Positions 49,515 to 62,285 of a stretch of 64,000 nt of DNA are shown piece by piece (positions within the stretch are counted from its first letter, which is position 1; each line of letters begins with the position of its first letter). The notes under the pieces were generated by a model. The model was not told where the DNA came from, ran no database searches, and worked only from the letters and a program-made list of their open reading frames with translations. The stretch comes from Haliotis rufescens (Eukaryota): positions 29,822,001 to 29,886,000 of the forward strand of contig NW_025963835.1 of assembly GCF_023055435.1 (NCBI RefSeq). The letters run 5' to 3'. The position numbers and the translations under genes are program-made.

Positions 49515-51065
49515 AAACACTAAACTACCTTACACTTGGGTAACACTACACTGTAGGTGCACTTAGTTTACACTAAACTACCTTACACTTGGGTAATACT
49601 ACTCTGTAGGTGCACTTAGTTTACACTAAACTACCTTACACTTGGGTAACACTACACTGTAGGTGTACTTAGTTTACACTAAACTACCTTACACTTGGGT
49701 AATACTACTCTGTAGGTGCACTTAGTTTACGCTAAACTACCTTACACTTGGGTAATACTACTCTGTAGGTGCACTTAGTTTACACTAAACTACCTTACAC
49801 TTGGGTAACACTACACTGTAGGTGCACTTAGTTAACACTAAACTACCTTACACTTAGATAACAGTACACTGTAGGTACACTTGGTTCCCACTAAACTACC
49901 TGTACACTTAGATAACAGAACACTGTAGGTGCACTTAGTTTACACTAAACTACCTGTACACTTAGATAACAGTACACTGTAGGTACACTTTGTTCCCACT
50001 AAACTACCTGTACACTTAGATAACAGTACACTGTAGGTACACTTTGTTCCCACTAAACTACCTGCACACTTAGATAACAGTACACTGTAGGTGCACTTAG
50101 TTTACACTAAACTACCTTACACTTGGGTAACACTACACTGTAGGAACACTTGGTTCCCACTTAACTACCTGTACACTTAGATAACACTACACTGTAGGTA
50201 CACTTGGTTCCCACTAAACTACCTGTACACTTAGATAACACTACACCGTAGGTACACTTGGTTCCCACTAAACTACCTGTACACTTAGATAACAGTACAC
50301 TGTAGGTACACTTGGTTCACACTAAACTACCTGTACACTTAGATCACAGTACACTGTAGGTACACTTTGTTCACACTAAACTACCTGTACACTTAGATAA
50401 CAGTACACTGTAGGTACACTTTGTTCCCACTAAACTACCTGTACACTTAGATAACAGTACACTGTAGGTACACTTTGTTCACACTAAACTACCTGTACAC
50501 TTAGATCACAGTACACTGTAGGTACACTTTGTTCATACTAAACTACCTGTACACTTAGACAACAGTACACTGTAGGTACACTTGGTTCCCACTAAACTAC
50601 CTGTACACTTAGATAACAGTACACTGTAGGTACACTTTGTTCACACTAAACTACCTGTACACTTAGATAACAGCACACTGTAGGTACACTTTGTTCCCAC
50701 TAAACTACCTGTACACTTAGATAACAGTACACTGTAGGTGCACTTAGTTTACACTAAACTACCTTACACTTGGGTAACACTACACTGTAGGAACACTTGG
50801 TTCCCACTTAACTACCTGTACACTTAGATAACAGTACACTGTAGGTGCACTTGGTTCCCACTAAACTACCTGTACACTTAGATAACAGCGCACTGTAGAA
50901 ACACTTGGTTCCCACTTAACTACCTGTACACTTAGATAACAGTACACTGTAGGTGCACTTGGTTCCCACTAAACTACCTGTACACTTAGATAACACTACA
51001 CTGTAGGTACACTTAGTTAACACTAAACTACCTGTACACTTAGATAACACTACACTGTAGGTACT
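49515..51065. repeat. About 54-bp minisatellite (taaactacctgtacacttagataacagtacactgtaggtacacttggttcccac), about 29 units
   Basis: Direct. Confidence 0.95.
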
Positions 51066-51920
51066 CGAGGCGTACACATTACTGCAGTTCACTTCACTTA
51101 TTGTCTTGCTTGACGTTTTATTTTTACACAATACAACCGGTTCCCATGGGTAACACTATATGTTAGGCACACTTGGCTTACACTATTCCACATGCACGCC
51201 TGGATAATATGCATCTGTAATTCGCTATTGTTTTCAAAAATAAGTCGCAACTTTTTTCAGAAGACTTTTGAAGGGGGTGTGGGGGTGTGGAGGGTGCTTG
51301 TAAGCCTTAAGACATCCGATTTACTGACTTATCTTAGCTGAGTACCATTTACCTTCAAAAGTGGGTCGTTAGAGTCTGACGCAAATCGGGCCCTCGTTTC
51401 CGGAAATAAACCCCCGCCCCCTCTCAAAAACCAAAAAAAACCCAAAAAGACTGATTCATTTTAGCTAAATTTCTCCAAACAAACTTATCAAGAATTCAGC
51501 TGTTGGACACGAGTGACACGACGTATAGAATCGTTATGGAATCTAAATCTAAGATATAAATCTTCCCCTAACATGTATTCCAGGTTTTTTATTACAATCG
51601 ATAAGCCCCCTAGAAAAAAACAAGTCTCCTTCTCGATCTCCGCTGTCTATTAGCAATCGCCATTTTGTATCAGTATTAAAATTTAAGTAACCATGTAAGC
51701 TAACTTAAGTTTTACGCGGTTTCGACATCTTTTGGAGTAAACAAATGAACTCAGTTTTGTTTTAGAAATGCATTTTGACGAGTTTACTCATTAAAAACTT
51801 GAACTTAAGTTTGTTTCGAGAAATAACTGCATATAAACGCAGTTACATCTCGTGGTAGAGTTACAGACTTAAAGACGCTGTACCATGTTATCACAATCAA
51901 GAAGTTGAGGCCAGACTCAC

Positions 51921-51963
51921 CAATAGCCAGCTGAACACACAGCAGTACCCGAGAAAACCGCAT
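51921..51963 (-). CDS. Kz3 exon 1 (signal peptide MRFSRVLLCVQLAI-VLLS)
   Basis: ATG at 51963, 14 codons + 1 nt, donor g|gtgagt. Joined CDS is 600 nt = 199 aa. Confidence 0.85.
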
Positions 51964-52148
51964 GCTTTGTTTCAAGTGTGGAGAAGTCAGCGTGGCGTGC
52001 TGGTGGAGAAAAGTCTTTCCAATGCTGACCTCTTGAGATAAGGCCAAGCACTTTTGACATATATTGAATGATATTGCTTAAAGCCTGTTAACTTTTTGTA
52101 GAATCTGGTTTGTATGAGGTCAAATCCTTAAGGACAGAGGCACATGTA

Positions 52149-53468
52149 TATTTTTAGTAAATTTATAGTACCTAATAAAGTCGATATATTGAATTTAATA
52201 TCATATATACAAATATGAAATTTTGGAGCTCGATAGTCACATGATGTTGTTGTACAAAGGCATTGCAAACTGTTTGTTGTCGTGTCACATAAGGCCACAA
52301 GGTAGCACTGATCTCAGTATCTCGTGTGACAGCCCCGGGCAACAATCACGGCTCTTCATCTCCTCGGCGCTGACTGGATAAGTGTACGAATTCTGTCCTG
52401 CGGAAATCTGTGTCATTCTGTTTGTAACGCGTTGGTCAGTCTCGACGGCCAGGGCAAGTCGTTGATGTTGGCATTATGAAGGTAGTCTACCGTGACACGA
52501 GCTGTGAACGGTGGAGCGTTGTCCGGTTGAAACAGCTCACTTTGGCGGTCAATGTTTGGTAGAAGTTGAGGTTGTAGAATTTGATTCATGTAGCGATTGG
52601 CTGTCAAATCTCCCTGAACCACAACCACGTCAGATCTCGTGGAGTAGGATATGCCCCCTCCCCAATCCCCAACCATGACACTGAAATTGTCGAATTCAGG
52701 AACACAATATGGGGCAAAACGCTCATTTCGACAACGATAAACACGTTGTCTTCCATCTCGCCGGTGAAGAAGAAATTTTGATTCATCGCTAAATCATACC
52801 CGTCTCCTGTCGATGGATCTGTTGCAAAACAGGGACGATAACTGGTCTTCTGGATCGCATTCCAGCCTCGCGAAGATGGTTCCTGACAGTCTGGTCCGAT
52901 ATCCCCCTCAAACCAGGGGTGCGTCCTGTAGTCTCCGTAGCTGTTGCATTGCGATGACGTAGGTTGAACAGTCGAATGTAGCGATCCTGTGCAGGGGTGG
53001 TAACTCTTGGTCGGCCTGTTCTCGGACGGTCTGCAGTGCAATTGAACTGTGTGTATCGGTCACAAAGGCGGCAAATAATGCTGTGGTGGACTTTGAAGTG
53101 GCGTGCAACAGAAGAGGCGATTGCCCTCTTTTGCTACGTCCTATGGCGATGTTCCGATCGGCAGCTCTGAGTCTCGGCATTTTCAAACTTATTGGCTTGT
53201 GCTTTCCTTTTCATAGCCACTAACACGAGTTACAAATGCCATAACTTGCACATGGATTTTGCTTTACTGTTTTCCTCTATGACATTTTTGAACAAGTGTG
53301 AAAATAATGTGGTTTAAAACATTGCAAATCGACAATGGCTGCATTTTAACGCACCTTTTGTCGAATATCAGGCCACATTTTCCAATAACAGATATCCAAT
53401 TTATATACCGCATTGTTTGTGTTGTCAGGTTCTACATACTACCTGTGCGTTTCTATTTTTGAAAAGTG
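52149..53468 (-). mobile_element. Second Tc1-like relic, just upstream of Kz3
   Basis: MPRLRAADRNIAIG..., WGGGISY...QGDLTANRY..QIL, FQPDNAPPFTAR..., LPWPSR. Right end ...gaaaagtg-ta; left end approximate. Confidence 0.85.
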
Positions 53469-55011
53469 TACATGTTCATTCCCAAGCTGAAACGCGAAGA
53501 ATAAACAGAACTCAATTCTGGAATCAGTAAACAACCACATAAAATAAATGAACAATCACCAAATTATATTAAAACACTCAGGATTATGTCTACAAGCATA
53601 AAAGGCAATGCAAAGGGTCAAATATATGGCTGCAGCAATAAATAACAGGCCAGGGCCCTGTTACACAAGTCTGTGCACTCACGAATGTCCAGAATGTGTC
53701 ATGGTCGAATGTCTTGGACGAGGTACGTGCTCCGTTCTGGAACCCAGAAAACACTAAACAGCAGGAAACCTCGGAGCTTTCCGAAAGGTATCTTGTCCGG
53801 GCTTGGCAAGTAAATAAGTCGCGAGACAAATCGTAGAATGAGGCTCTCGCTCTCATATAAGGCCGGGCAAAAGAAAACATACACTTACAAACTGTCGTCC
53901 AAATTGTGCCCTGCAAGGTTCTTAAGACGTCATACGCATGTCATCAGTCGTGAGATATTCATGGATATGATGCATGTCATATCGCCGATCAAAAGCATTA
54001 CCATCAAATAATCATTTCTTTTTTGTTTCACTTTTGGCCACCATCAAATATGGACGTACACTTTCTTTTGCTGCGCATTTAGGTGCAGACAGTCTTCTAC
54101 AAACTTCGAGAAGTCAATCAGTCCTGTAAGTGAACAACAGTAAAAACGCGGAGTTATCTATACCGGGAGAGTAAAAAAATAAAAGCGAAAAACCCTTTCC
54201 ATATCTATAAGAAATCTCTCCCAAAAGCAGACTCTATTGAACGATTCAGACTATATCGTGAGTATGTGTTTATGAATCCCCATAAAAATGATGATACCAG
54301 GTGTTGGTGGCACCCGTCACAAACACACGCAAAGACGAGTCAAGGACTGGGATGGAGTTTGGACGATTACCAACCATGAGAGCATCACCAACAGAACACT
54401 TGATATTTTATGTGCACCTGCCACTAGCAATCATCAGAAATAGTCACAATATTTACTGACACAGTATTCTCTCCCCTTCATGATCCAGAGAAGAGAAGTT
54501 TAGGTGAACACCTCTTTAAAAAGGACACTTTTTCCATATTAAATATATTAAATGAACATAATATACATGTTTCCATGTTAAATGCATAAATAACTGCATG
54601 TGTGTACATGTCTGCTAATGTGTCTTAGCCCTTGACCCCGTGGGGACCTGGGGTAGAATGTGTTCCCAGCACCCCATTGCTGGTCGTAAGGGGCGACCAA
54701 ATTACGCTACCGGGTTTGCAGTAGGATTTGTCCCTGTGTCGGCGCAGGGCTGCAGTCTGGTGGTTGGGGGTACTGGTTCCAGGAGTGGCGTTCCTTTGCT
54801 CAATACACCACTTCGATCCATACTTCGCCTAGACGGGTGGTAGGATGGGCCCGGTTCTATCAATCGGCTAGTCATGGCAAGCCCTGAGCACCTACACCTA
54901 TGATTCAATCTCTTTTGAGGATGAGGACCCTCCAACACCCTTCATCAAACCTGATAATTGGGCGCGATTCCTTGTCATGTCTTCTCTTGATGTCTGTCTT
55001 CTAAAGTCGAA

Positions 55012-55365
55012 GACCGCCTCCGTGGTCTAGTGGAGCGTCCGCCCGGAGAACGGAAGGTCCGGGGCTCGGTCCCCGGCAGCGTCATACCAAAAGACGTTAA
55101 AAGATGGTACTTGTTGTTACCCTGTCTGACGCTCGGCATTAAGGGGATAAAACAAGGACTGGTCGGCTCGGAGTCAGTATACTGTGTCTGAGTGGGGTAT
55201 TCATGTTAAACTGCGGCATGATATCTCGGTGAGCTAGCACTATAAATCGGCATCAGTCCGGACTAGAACAAGCAGCCACACAGACACACACGTGCATGCA
55301 CGTCGCTATATAAGTGCAATAATCTGGGACGCGACGTTAAACCCCATTTCACCTCACCTCACCTC
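55012..55365 (+). mobile_element. SINE family 3, full length, nested in the LINE
   Basis: tRNA-like head, body as at 24265-24524, tail gacgttaaaccccatt(tcacc)n. Confidence 0.88.
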
Positions 55366-56645
55366 CAAAAGATTACCCTATGTGGAAAATGCAATAAAAA
55401 ATATTGTGAATCAAGCATGAGAGTAATATCTCTTTTCTGGATGAACAGAAAATTGTCCTAGCTCTGGAAAAAAACGGATGTCATATGAAGCTGCTGTTGT
55501 TTCTGTTTCAACTCCACCTCCTGCTATTGTTCCTAGAACTGTTTCGTGCCATTCAGTAGATGACAAGATCCAAATGTTCAATAAGTATGGATCCCTTGAG
55601 GATATGGATGTGTCTGACAACGGACATCATAGGACACAAAGCTTATCGCCCTCCAGGAAGGTAAGGGGTAGATATCCTGTCAATGCTCCGAAGAGATAGC
55701 TTCTTCACATATATTGTAATGGAATTGTAGAGAACTGAGGACTAATTTATTGAGTTACAGCTCTTTGTTCAGGATTCAGCAGTGTGTCTACAAGAAACCT
55801 TATCTAAAGCAGACACATCATTTTAACTAACGTTAGTTTCATGCATGTCGTTATTTTTCTCCTCTGGGAGATAGGGTTACTGCTACAGGTACTGATAAAA
55901 TTCATTATCAGTTACACAAACATTTACCTGATTCATGGAAAGAAACATTGTCAAATATGTTTTATCATATCTGGAGAACGGGAAATTTCCCTTCATAATG
56001 ACCTTATTACTAATATTCAAAGTGTTTTTCGAAAAAATAGATGTATAATTGTCCATTTGGTTAGATAGGAAACATTTGTTAAAAATGCTATCATCAATAA
56101 ACAACACACAGCAGTTTTCGATTTGGAAAAAGTGTCTGATACAACCTTGAAACATGGAATTTTAAAAGAACTTCATCAAATTAGATTGAGAGGAGGTTTG
56201 CCTTATTCCATATCAGAGTTTTAACAGGTGGAAATTTCCAGGTACGTGTGTGATCCACCTTGTCTGATGTTTACGATAAAAAAGATCAGGGTGTCCCACA
56301 AGGTAGCATATTATCGGTAACTTTGTTTGGTATAATAATTAATAGTTTATCTTAGGTGTTAAATGTTGATTTGCCGATGCTTTCAATGTTTCATGTCAAG
56401 GTAAACATATGCACACCATTGAGAGACAGCTGCAGCTTTGTCTTAATAAAATTTAGGATTGTCAGATGAGATCGGCTTTCAATTTTCCAAAACATATTGC
56501 ATTCAGTTTTTGTCAAAAATATAAACCACATAAGGACCCAGACGTACTATTAGCGGGCACTCAAATTAAAGTTGTAAATGAATCTAAATTTTGGAGAATA
56601 AGTTTTGATCATCATCTTACTTTCTTACCACATATTACATATCTG

Positions 56646-56752
56646 GGCCCACTTGCACAAAGCGATCTTAGCGCTACAACTATTGTAAGCCTATGTTAAA
56701 GTATGGGAGTTACGATCATCTTAGCGCTAAGATCGCTTTGTACAAGTGGGCC
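56646..56752. mobile_element. PIF/Harbinger-type MITE
   Basis: 31-bp TIR ggcccacttgcacaaagcgatcttagcgcta (1 mismatch) and 3-bp TSD CTG. Removing it restores the LINE frame HITYL-KAKCLK. Confidence 0.9.
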
Positions 56753-57403
56753 CTGAAAGCTAAATGTCTGAAGCCACTAGTTCTAGGTTAATTAAAAAAT
56801 GTTTCTAATTCCAAGTGGGGAGGAGATCAGTTGACCCTTCTTCACTTGTATAGATCAGTTATCTGTTCTAAACTCGATGATAGCGCCATCATTTATGGTG
56901 TTGCTTCCAAAAAGTAACCTTAAATTACTCGATCTAATGCATCAGCAAGGTCTAAGATCACAAAATTATATTCAAATGACTCAAACCCTGCATACCAACG
57001 TGTGATTAATCCCCTTCGTGAGGATCTTTACAAAAACATGTCATCTATTATACCGCCTCTTGGAATAAGAATTAAACCTTTTATTTCCGCTGCTAATATT
57101 GAACGCAATGACCTTACCTGACTACCCGATCGATTCAGTTACTAATTGACACCAGCAAGTATTGCGGGGAATCCATTCCAACCTGGAATTCCAATGTTGA
57201 ATAAAATCTTAATTTCCATCGCCGTGATACAGAAAACAATGTAAATTCATTTTGATCCTTGTTACTGGTGTTTAAATACCACAGGCATATTTACAGTACA
57301 GGAATCACTGTCAGCATTGCTGAAATACAGGTCCATCATATGGTACTTGAAATATGCATTTCGTCACATTGGACGTGAATTTATCCAATCAGAGTAGACT
57401 TCA

Positions 57404-57623
57404 ATGTCAGCTTAATGTGGGAGGAAACCCCGAAGTGATGCAGGTCTCAGACGTTTACCACTTCGGTGAAATCCACCGGCACGGGTATGGTGCTGACAAA
57501 CCAAGAAACATAATTGGAGCGAATCGGGATTCGAACCCACAATCAAAGGCTTCTGGCGTGCCCAAGGGACGCAACTCTGCACAGCGAATTGCGGCGCCTT
57601 AGACGACTGGGCCACCCGTGCCC
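57404..57623 (-). mobile_element. SINE family 4, 3'-truncated by the deletion that removed Kz4 exon 4
   Basis: Intact head gggcacgggtggcccagtcgtctaaggcgcc; the tail present at 4100-4170 is missing here. Confidence 0.88.
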
Positions 57624-58129
57624 ACTACAACAATTAAGCCTGACATGGGGGTCATGATCTTTCCCAACAACAGCAACAATCTTACTGGTTCGTGTACACC
57701 TTCCCGTCCGTGGCACAGAGATCGGAGTCTACAGTGTTCCCACAGACGATGGTATCGATGTTGGTACAGAAAACGTCTTTGATCAGGTCATATCCTGGGT
57801 CATGGCCCCACGTTGCGGTGATTGGAGGAATGGTGGTCATGTGACTGGCTGGAGATGGCGTGACGTCACAGGCTCCTTTGTGATTGAACAGTATGGTGGA
57901 AGATGGCCGACATCTTGCTTTGGCAAACACGCAGCTGAATGTGGATGGAAAAATAGAAGCAGTATTTTGGAACTGCAAATATATAGTTTATTCGTGTAAT
58001 GTAGAGTGGGAAAGTGATACATTTACATTCTTGGTGTAATCTTTAATAGAAGTATAGCATTCCTGTGTTAATATTGAATGGCAAGCATAGTATTGACTAT
58101 TGAATGGGAAGTGTTAGAAATGAATGAAA

Positions 58130-58365
58130 ATTAGTATATTCCTTGTGTAATATTGAATGAAAATTGGTATATTCCTGGTGTAATATTGAATGGAAAGTAG
58201 TATATTCCTGGTGTAATATTGAATGGAAAGTAGTATATTCCTGGTGTAATATTGAATGGAAAGTAGTATATTCCTGGTGTAATATTGAATGGAAAGTAGT
58301 ATATTCCTGGTGTAATATTGAATGGAAAGTAGTATATTCCTGGTGTAATATTGAATGGAAAGTAG
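58130..58365. repeat. 33-bp minisatellite (attcctggtgtaatattgaatggaaagtagtat), about 7 units
   Basis: Direct; degenerate counterpart in Kz3 at about 46370-46520. Confidence 0.9.
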
Positions 58366-60552
58366 GTGCCCAATACTGTAATATTGAACAAGTACATATT
58401 ATAGTTGAGCAGTCCTAAAGTATGAGCAAGCAGTATATCCATTGGCAATATTGAAGGGAGGGTGGATATGCCTGATGTTATGTTATATTGAACTGCAGTT
58501 ATGGTGAATGGAAAGTAATATATTCCTGATTTATCACCGAATGTGGTAATGTACCAAGGGTAATATTGAATGCAAATAGCGCTTGAGTGAGTATGGTTTT
58601 AGGCCACTTTTAGCAATATTCCAGCAATACCAAGGCCGGGAACACCAGAAATGGGCTTCACACATAGAACCCATGTGGGGAATCGAACCTGGGTCGAACC
58701 TTCGGCTGGACGATTGAATGCTAAAACGCAGCCCCTTGAATGGAAATAACCAACAGTATATACTTTATAAAACTGTATACACTACGTTCCTCCATTCTTC
58801 GTGAATACATGTGGTCGCGATGTAGTGTAGTTGCTAGTTGGAACCATATCAGCCAACGGTAGGATTTGCAAAAGGTTCATGGATGGACTTGTGATGATTT
58901 TACTTCAGTGAGTTACACACGGAGTAGTATAGACGATGGGGGTTCTACATCATAAGGACCAGGTCCAGCTCTTGACAATATGCCCCCACTTCAAAAACGG
59001 ACTTGTGTCACAGCTACACCGTATACCGTGTATTCACGGGTAATGAGGAACTTATTGAATACAAACACGTAAAGTGTTGAAGATTATCAGAGTTCATCAA
59101 GCACAAGTCATGGCTACCCGGCTTCTGTTTGCATCCTCTACATTTAGGCCTACTCATTTACGATTATTCGGCCCTGAACACACTCACTGGTCGGGGTAGG
59201 TGACTTGGTCAGTGCCACACATTCTCTCATGACCTGTGACTTTGTGTTGACTGCAGTCATACTTCAAGATGGCGGCGCACATCGTGGCGGAGAAGGGATG
59301 TCCGTGGGTGTGATTGAGGACCTGTTCCACTGAATGCGTCGCCCTTGCATCACCACTCAGTGTCCATTGGATATCGGACAGAAGCACCAAAACATATTTT
59401 GGTTACACTACATAACATACACTACAATATATGTAGACGTTGGTACATTACGCTATAAGTACACATTGGGAATATAATATGCCACAAACGTAGGAGATAG
59501 TGGCTCAACTTCGAAATTTGCACTCATCAGTGAGAGAAACACCGAGTTTGCACTTTGCTGGTACTTTACTATTATCGGGTAAAATCAACTCTGCTGGACA
59601 GACATGCATAAAGTTCTTCCAGAGATGCTTCTGGTGAGTCGACCTATGCTGGCTTGACTATTGTTGTTCCACTTATAAGTAAGAGCAACAGCGAGTTCAT
59701 TGAGAGTGGTAGGTGGGTTTTGACGTTGACGTTGACTGTCTGCCAATGACATCCCAGGCGTGTTCAATGGGGGGAAAGGCCTGAACTGAGTGTTGGCCAT
59801 GGCATGATATGGATGTTTTGCTGTTATAGGAACGGGGTCACAATCCTTGCACGATGATCATGTGCCTTTTCATGTTGAAAGTTGAAACGTTGCCCAACAC
59901 ATTGTGCAAATGGCACCACGAGTGGTGCAATGATGTTGACCTGATAGTATTGACCTGTGACTGCCATAGACAATATGAAGCGAAGTTCGGCCGGTCATTG
60001 TGATACCACCCCATACCATTCTGGTCTCAATCCACGATCATGCTGTACGACGTTAACGCCCATAAAACGGTCATTAGGTCTTCTCCAAACCCGATTCTCT
60101 GGTCATGGAAGTTGAGAGTGAACCTCGATTCGTCAGAAAACATGACTATAGCACATTATATCCATTATCCCAGTGCTTACATTCCCTACACCGTATCGTG
60201 CATGTAAATGTCATCTGTGCAGATGATGCACCGTCTGGGCATGTACTCGTACACCAGTTGCGTGTTGCAACCGGTCCGTTATCTGAGTGGCAGTTTGCAG
60301 CCGATTTCTTAATGTCATCGTTCTGATAAATCTGTCCTGTGCTGGAGTTGTTGCCCTTGGGCGTCCCGAGCATCGTCGATCGCCAACGTTATGTGTTCAC
60401 TGTTATCGGGCCAACAATCTGCTGATGACAGACTGAGAAATATGCAGTGTTTAGGCAACTATATTCTGATGTGTGCCCACCTGCTACATGATTTTGCCAT
60501 GTGTCGTTCAGCAAGTTGCAAAAGTCACTTGATCAATGCTCTTGCTTCCTTT

Positions 60553-60709
60553 GGGGCGGTCGGGTAGCCTGGTGGTTACGCCGAAGACCCGGGTTCGATT
60601 CCCGACATGGGTACAATGTGTGAAGCCCATTTCTGGTGTCCCCCGCCGCGATATTGCTGGAATATTGCTAAAAACAGTTGAAAACCATATTCACTCACTT
60701 ATTCACTCA
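60553..60709 (+). mobile_element. SINE family 1, specific to Kz4, nested in the Tc1 relic
   Basis: 14-bp TSD ctcttgcttccttt at 60539-60552 and 60710-60723. Confidence 0.92.
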
Positions 60710-61624
60710 CTCTTGCTTCCTTTGTGATTAAATGTGCTGAATAAAGTGTCTTTGGGCGTTTGGTTCCAATATAAATGTGTCTGCACACACCGAGTCCGAG
60801 TGCCAAATCTGTCATAACACCCATTTCACGTGCTGTCCGAGGCCACAAGCCTCAAGACTGTCACAATGTGTTTCAGAGCTTGATTTCTTCGGACATTTTC
60901 TTTCATTGCCAGACATTTGTATATGTTCCCTTTTCTTCCACCTCCAAACATACTACCCCCCTCTATTTTTGTATATTATACTCCATGGTAGGTACACTTG
61001 TGAACCACTACATGAAAAGCGCCTCAGTTGTCTAGTGGTCTGGAACCTAGTTTCTGCCCTGAAGGTATGTGGTTCGATCTCAGCTGAAGGATGTTATAAC
61101 TTGTTGTTACCCTTCCTTGGGTTCGGCGTTAGGGGATACAATAAGGACTAGACGGATCAGAGTTATCATAATGTGTCTGAGTTGGTTATCTGTGTCATGG
61201 TGTCTTAGTTGACTAGCAGTATAAAACAGGCATTAGTGTGAAGCAGTACAAGCAAACTGAATACACACGTTGGTACAAAGGGATTTCATGATATTACATA
61301 TTCACATGACTTATTCAATGCTAAAAGGTATCATTGACGTACACCAAACCAAGAGGCACTCTTTGCTGACAATGGACTAAAGGTACACTTAATTGGGATA
61401 CAGCTTTAGTGATACTGTACTGTAGGTATTGGTTTACACTAAACTACCTGTTCAATTGGGTAACACTACACTGTAGGTACGCAAGGCGCACATATTATTG
61501 CAGTGCACTTGGCTTATTGTCTGGCTTGACGTTTAATATTTATACCTTACTACCGGTAAACATGGGTAACACGACATTGTAGATACACTTGGCTTAAGTA
61601 CTTGGCTTGTACTTGTAGGTACAC

Positions 61625-62044
61625 TAGAAATAAAGGAGATCAGTGAGACCGCCTCATCTTTTATATATTTAAATCTATGCATACAGATTCAGAGTAAGGA
61701 AACACTCTGCCCAGGAAACTGTCCACTGTCAACTTTCCCTTCATGTTGAGCAATACTCAAGCAGCTCCAGCCTTTGGTGTTTACATTTCACAACTTTTGA
61801 GATACAATCGATCATACTTTTTCTACCAAGATTTCAAAGAGCGCCATAAGGCTCTTGCTCAGAAATTGTTGATCAAAGTTACAACATTCAAGGTCTCAGT
61901 AAATCTTTCAAAATGTTTTGTGGTGGACATTTGTTGGACATTTCCAAATTTGACGCATCAGTGACAATAACGATGTCGGATGCAGTTCCTTATTTTGACT
62001 TTTACAATATGTTCCCTTGTTTTTTCAGGTGAACAATTGACTTG

Positions 62045-62113
<69 letters not shown>

Positions 62114-62285
62114 CGGGTGACACCGGTGAGGCAGGATATGCTCACCTTTTCGCGAACACCTCGTAATGTTACTTTTTGATAGTGATTCGTAAACACAAGT
62201 TTATGATGTGGTCAGAATCGTACTATCGATTCTGCTTTATTCAGAAATTTCTACTGGACATGGAAAGGGTTTAGTCGCTTTGTTT
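61625..62285 (+). mobile_element. Penelope-like retroelement RT C-terminus and 3' region, with a (GT)n insert
   Basis: KEISETASSFIYL...VNFPFMLSNTQAAPAFGVYISQLLRY. Related 3' pieces at about 30130-30430, 19090-19147, 42345-42530 (-) and 54190-54345 (-). Confidence 0.7.

Larger units (their letters stand above)
54635..57110 (+). mobile_element. Degenerate I/Nimb-clade-like LINE (5' end, ORF1 tail, APE start, RT)
   Basis: NKYGSLEDMDVS; WNCR.LR.N...VCLQET; FDLEK..DT..KHGILKELH; GVPQGSILSVTLF; HITYLKAKCLK. Many stops and deletions. Confidence 0.85.
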
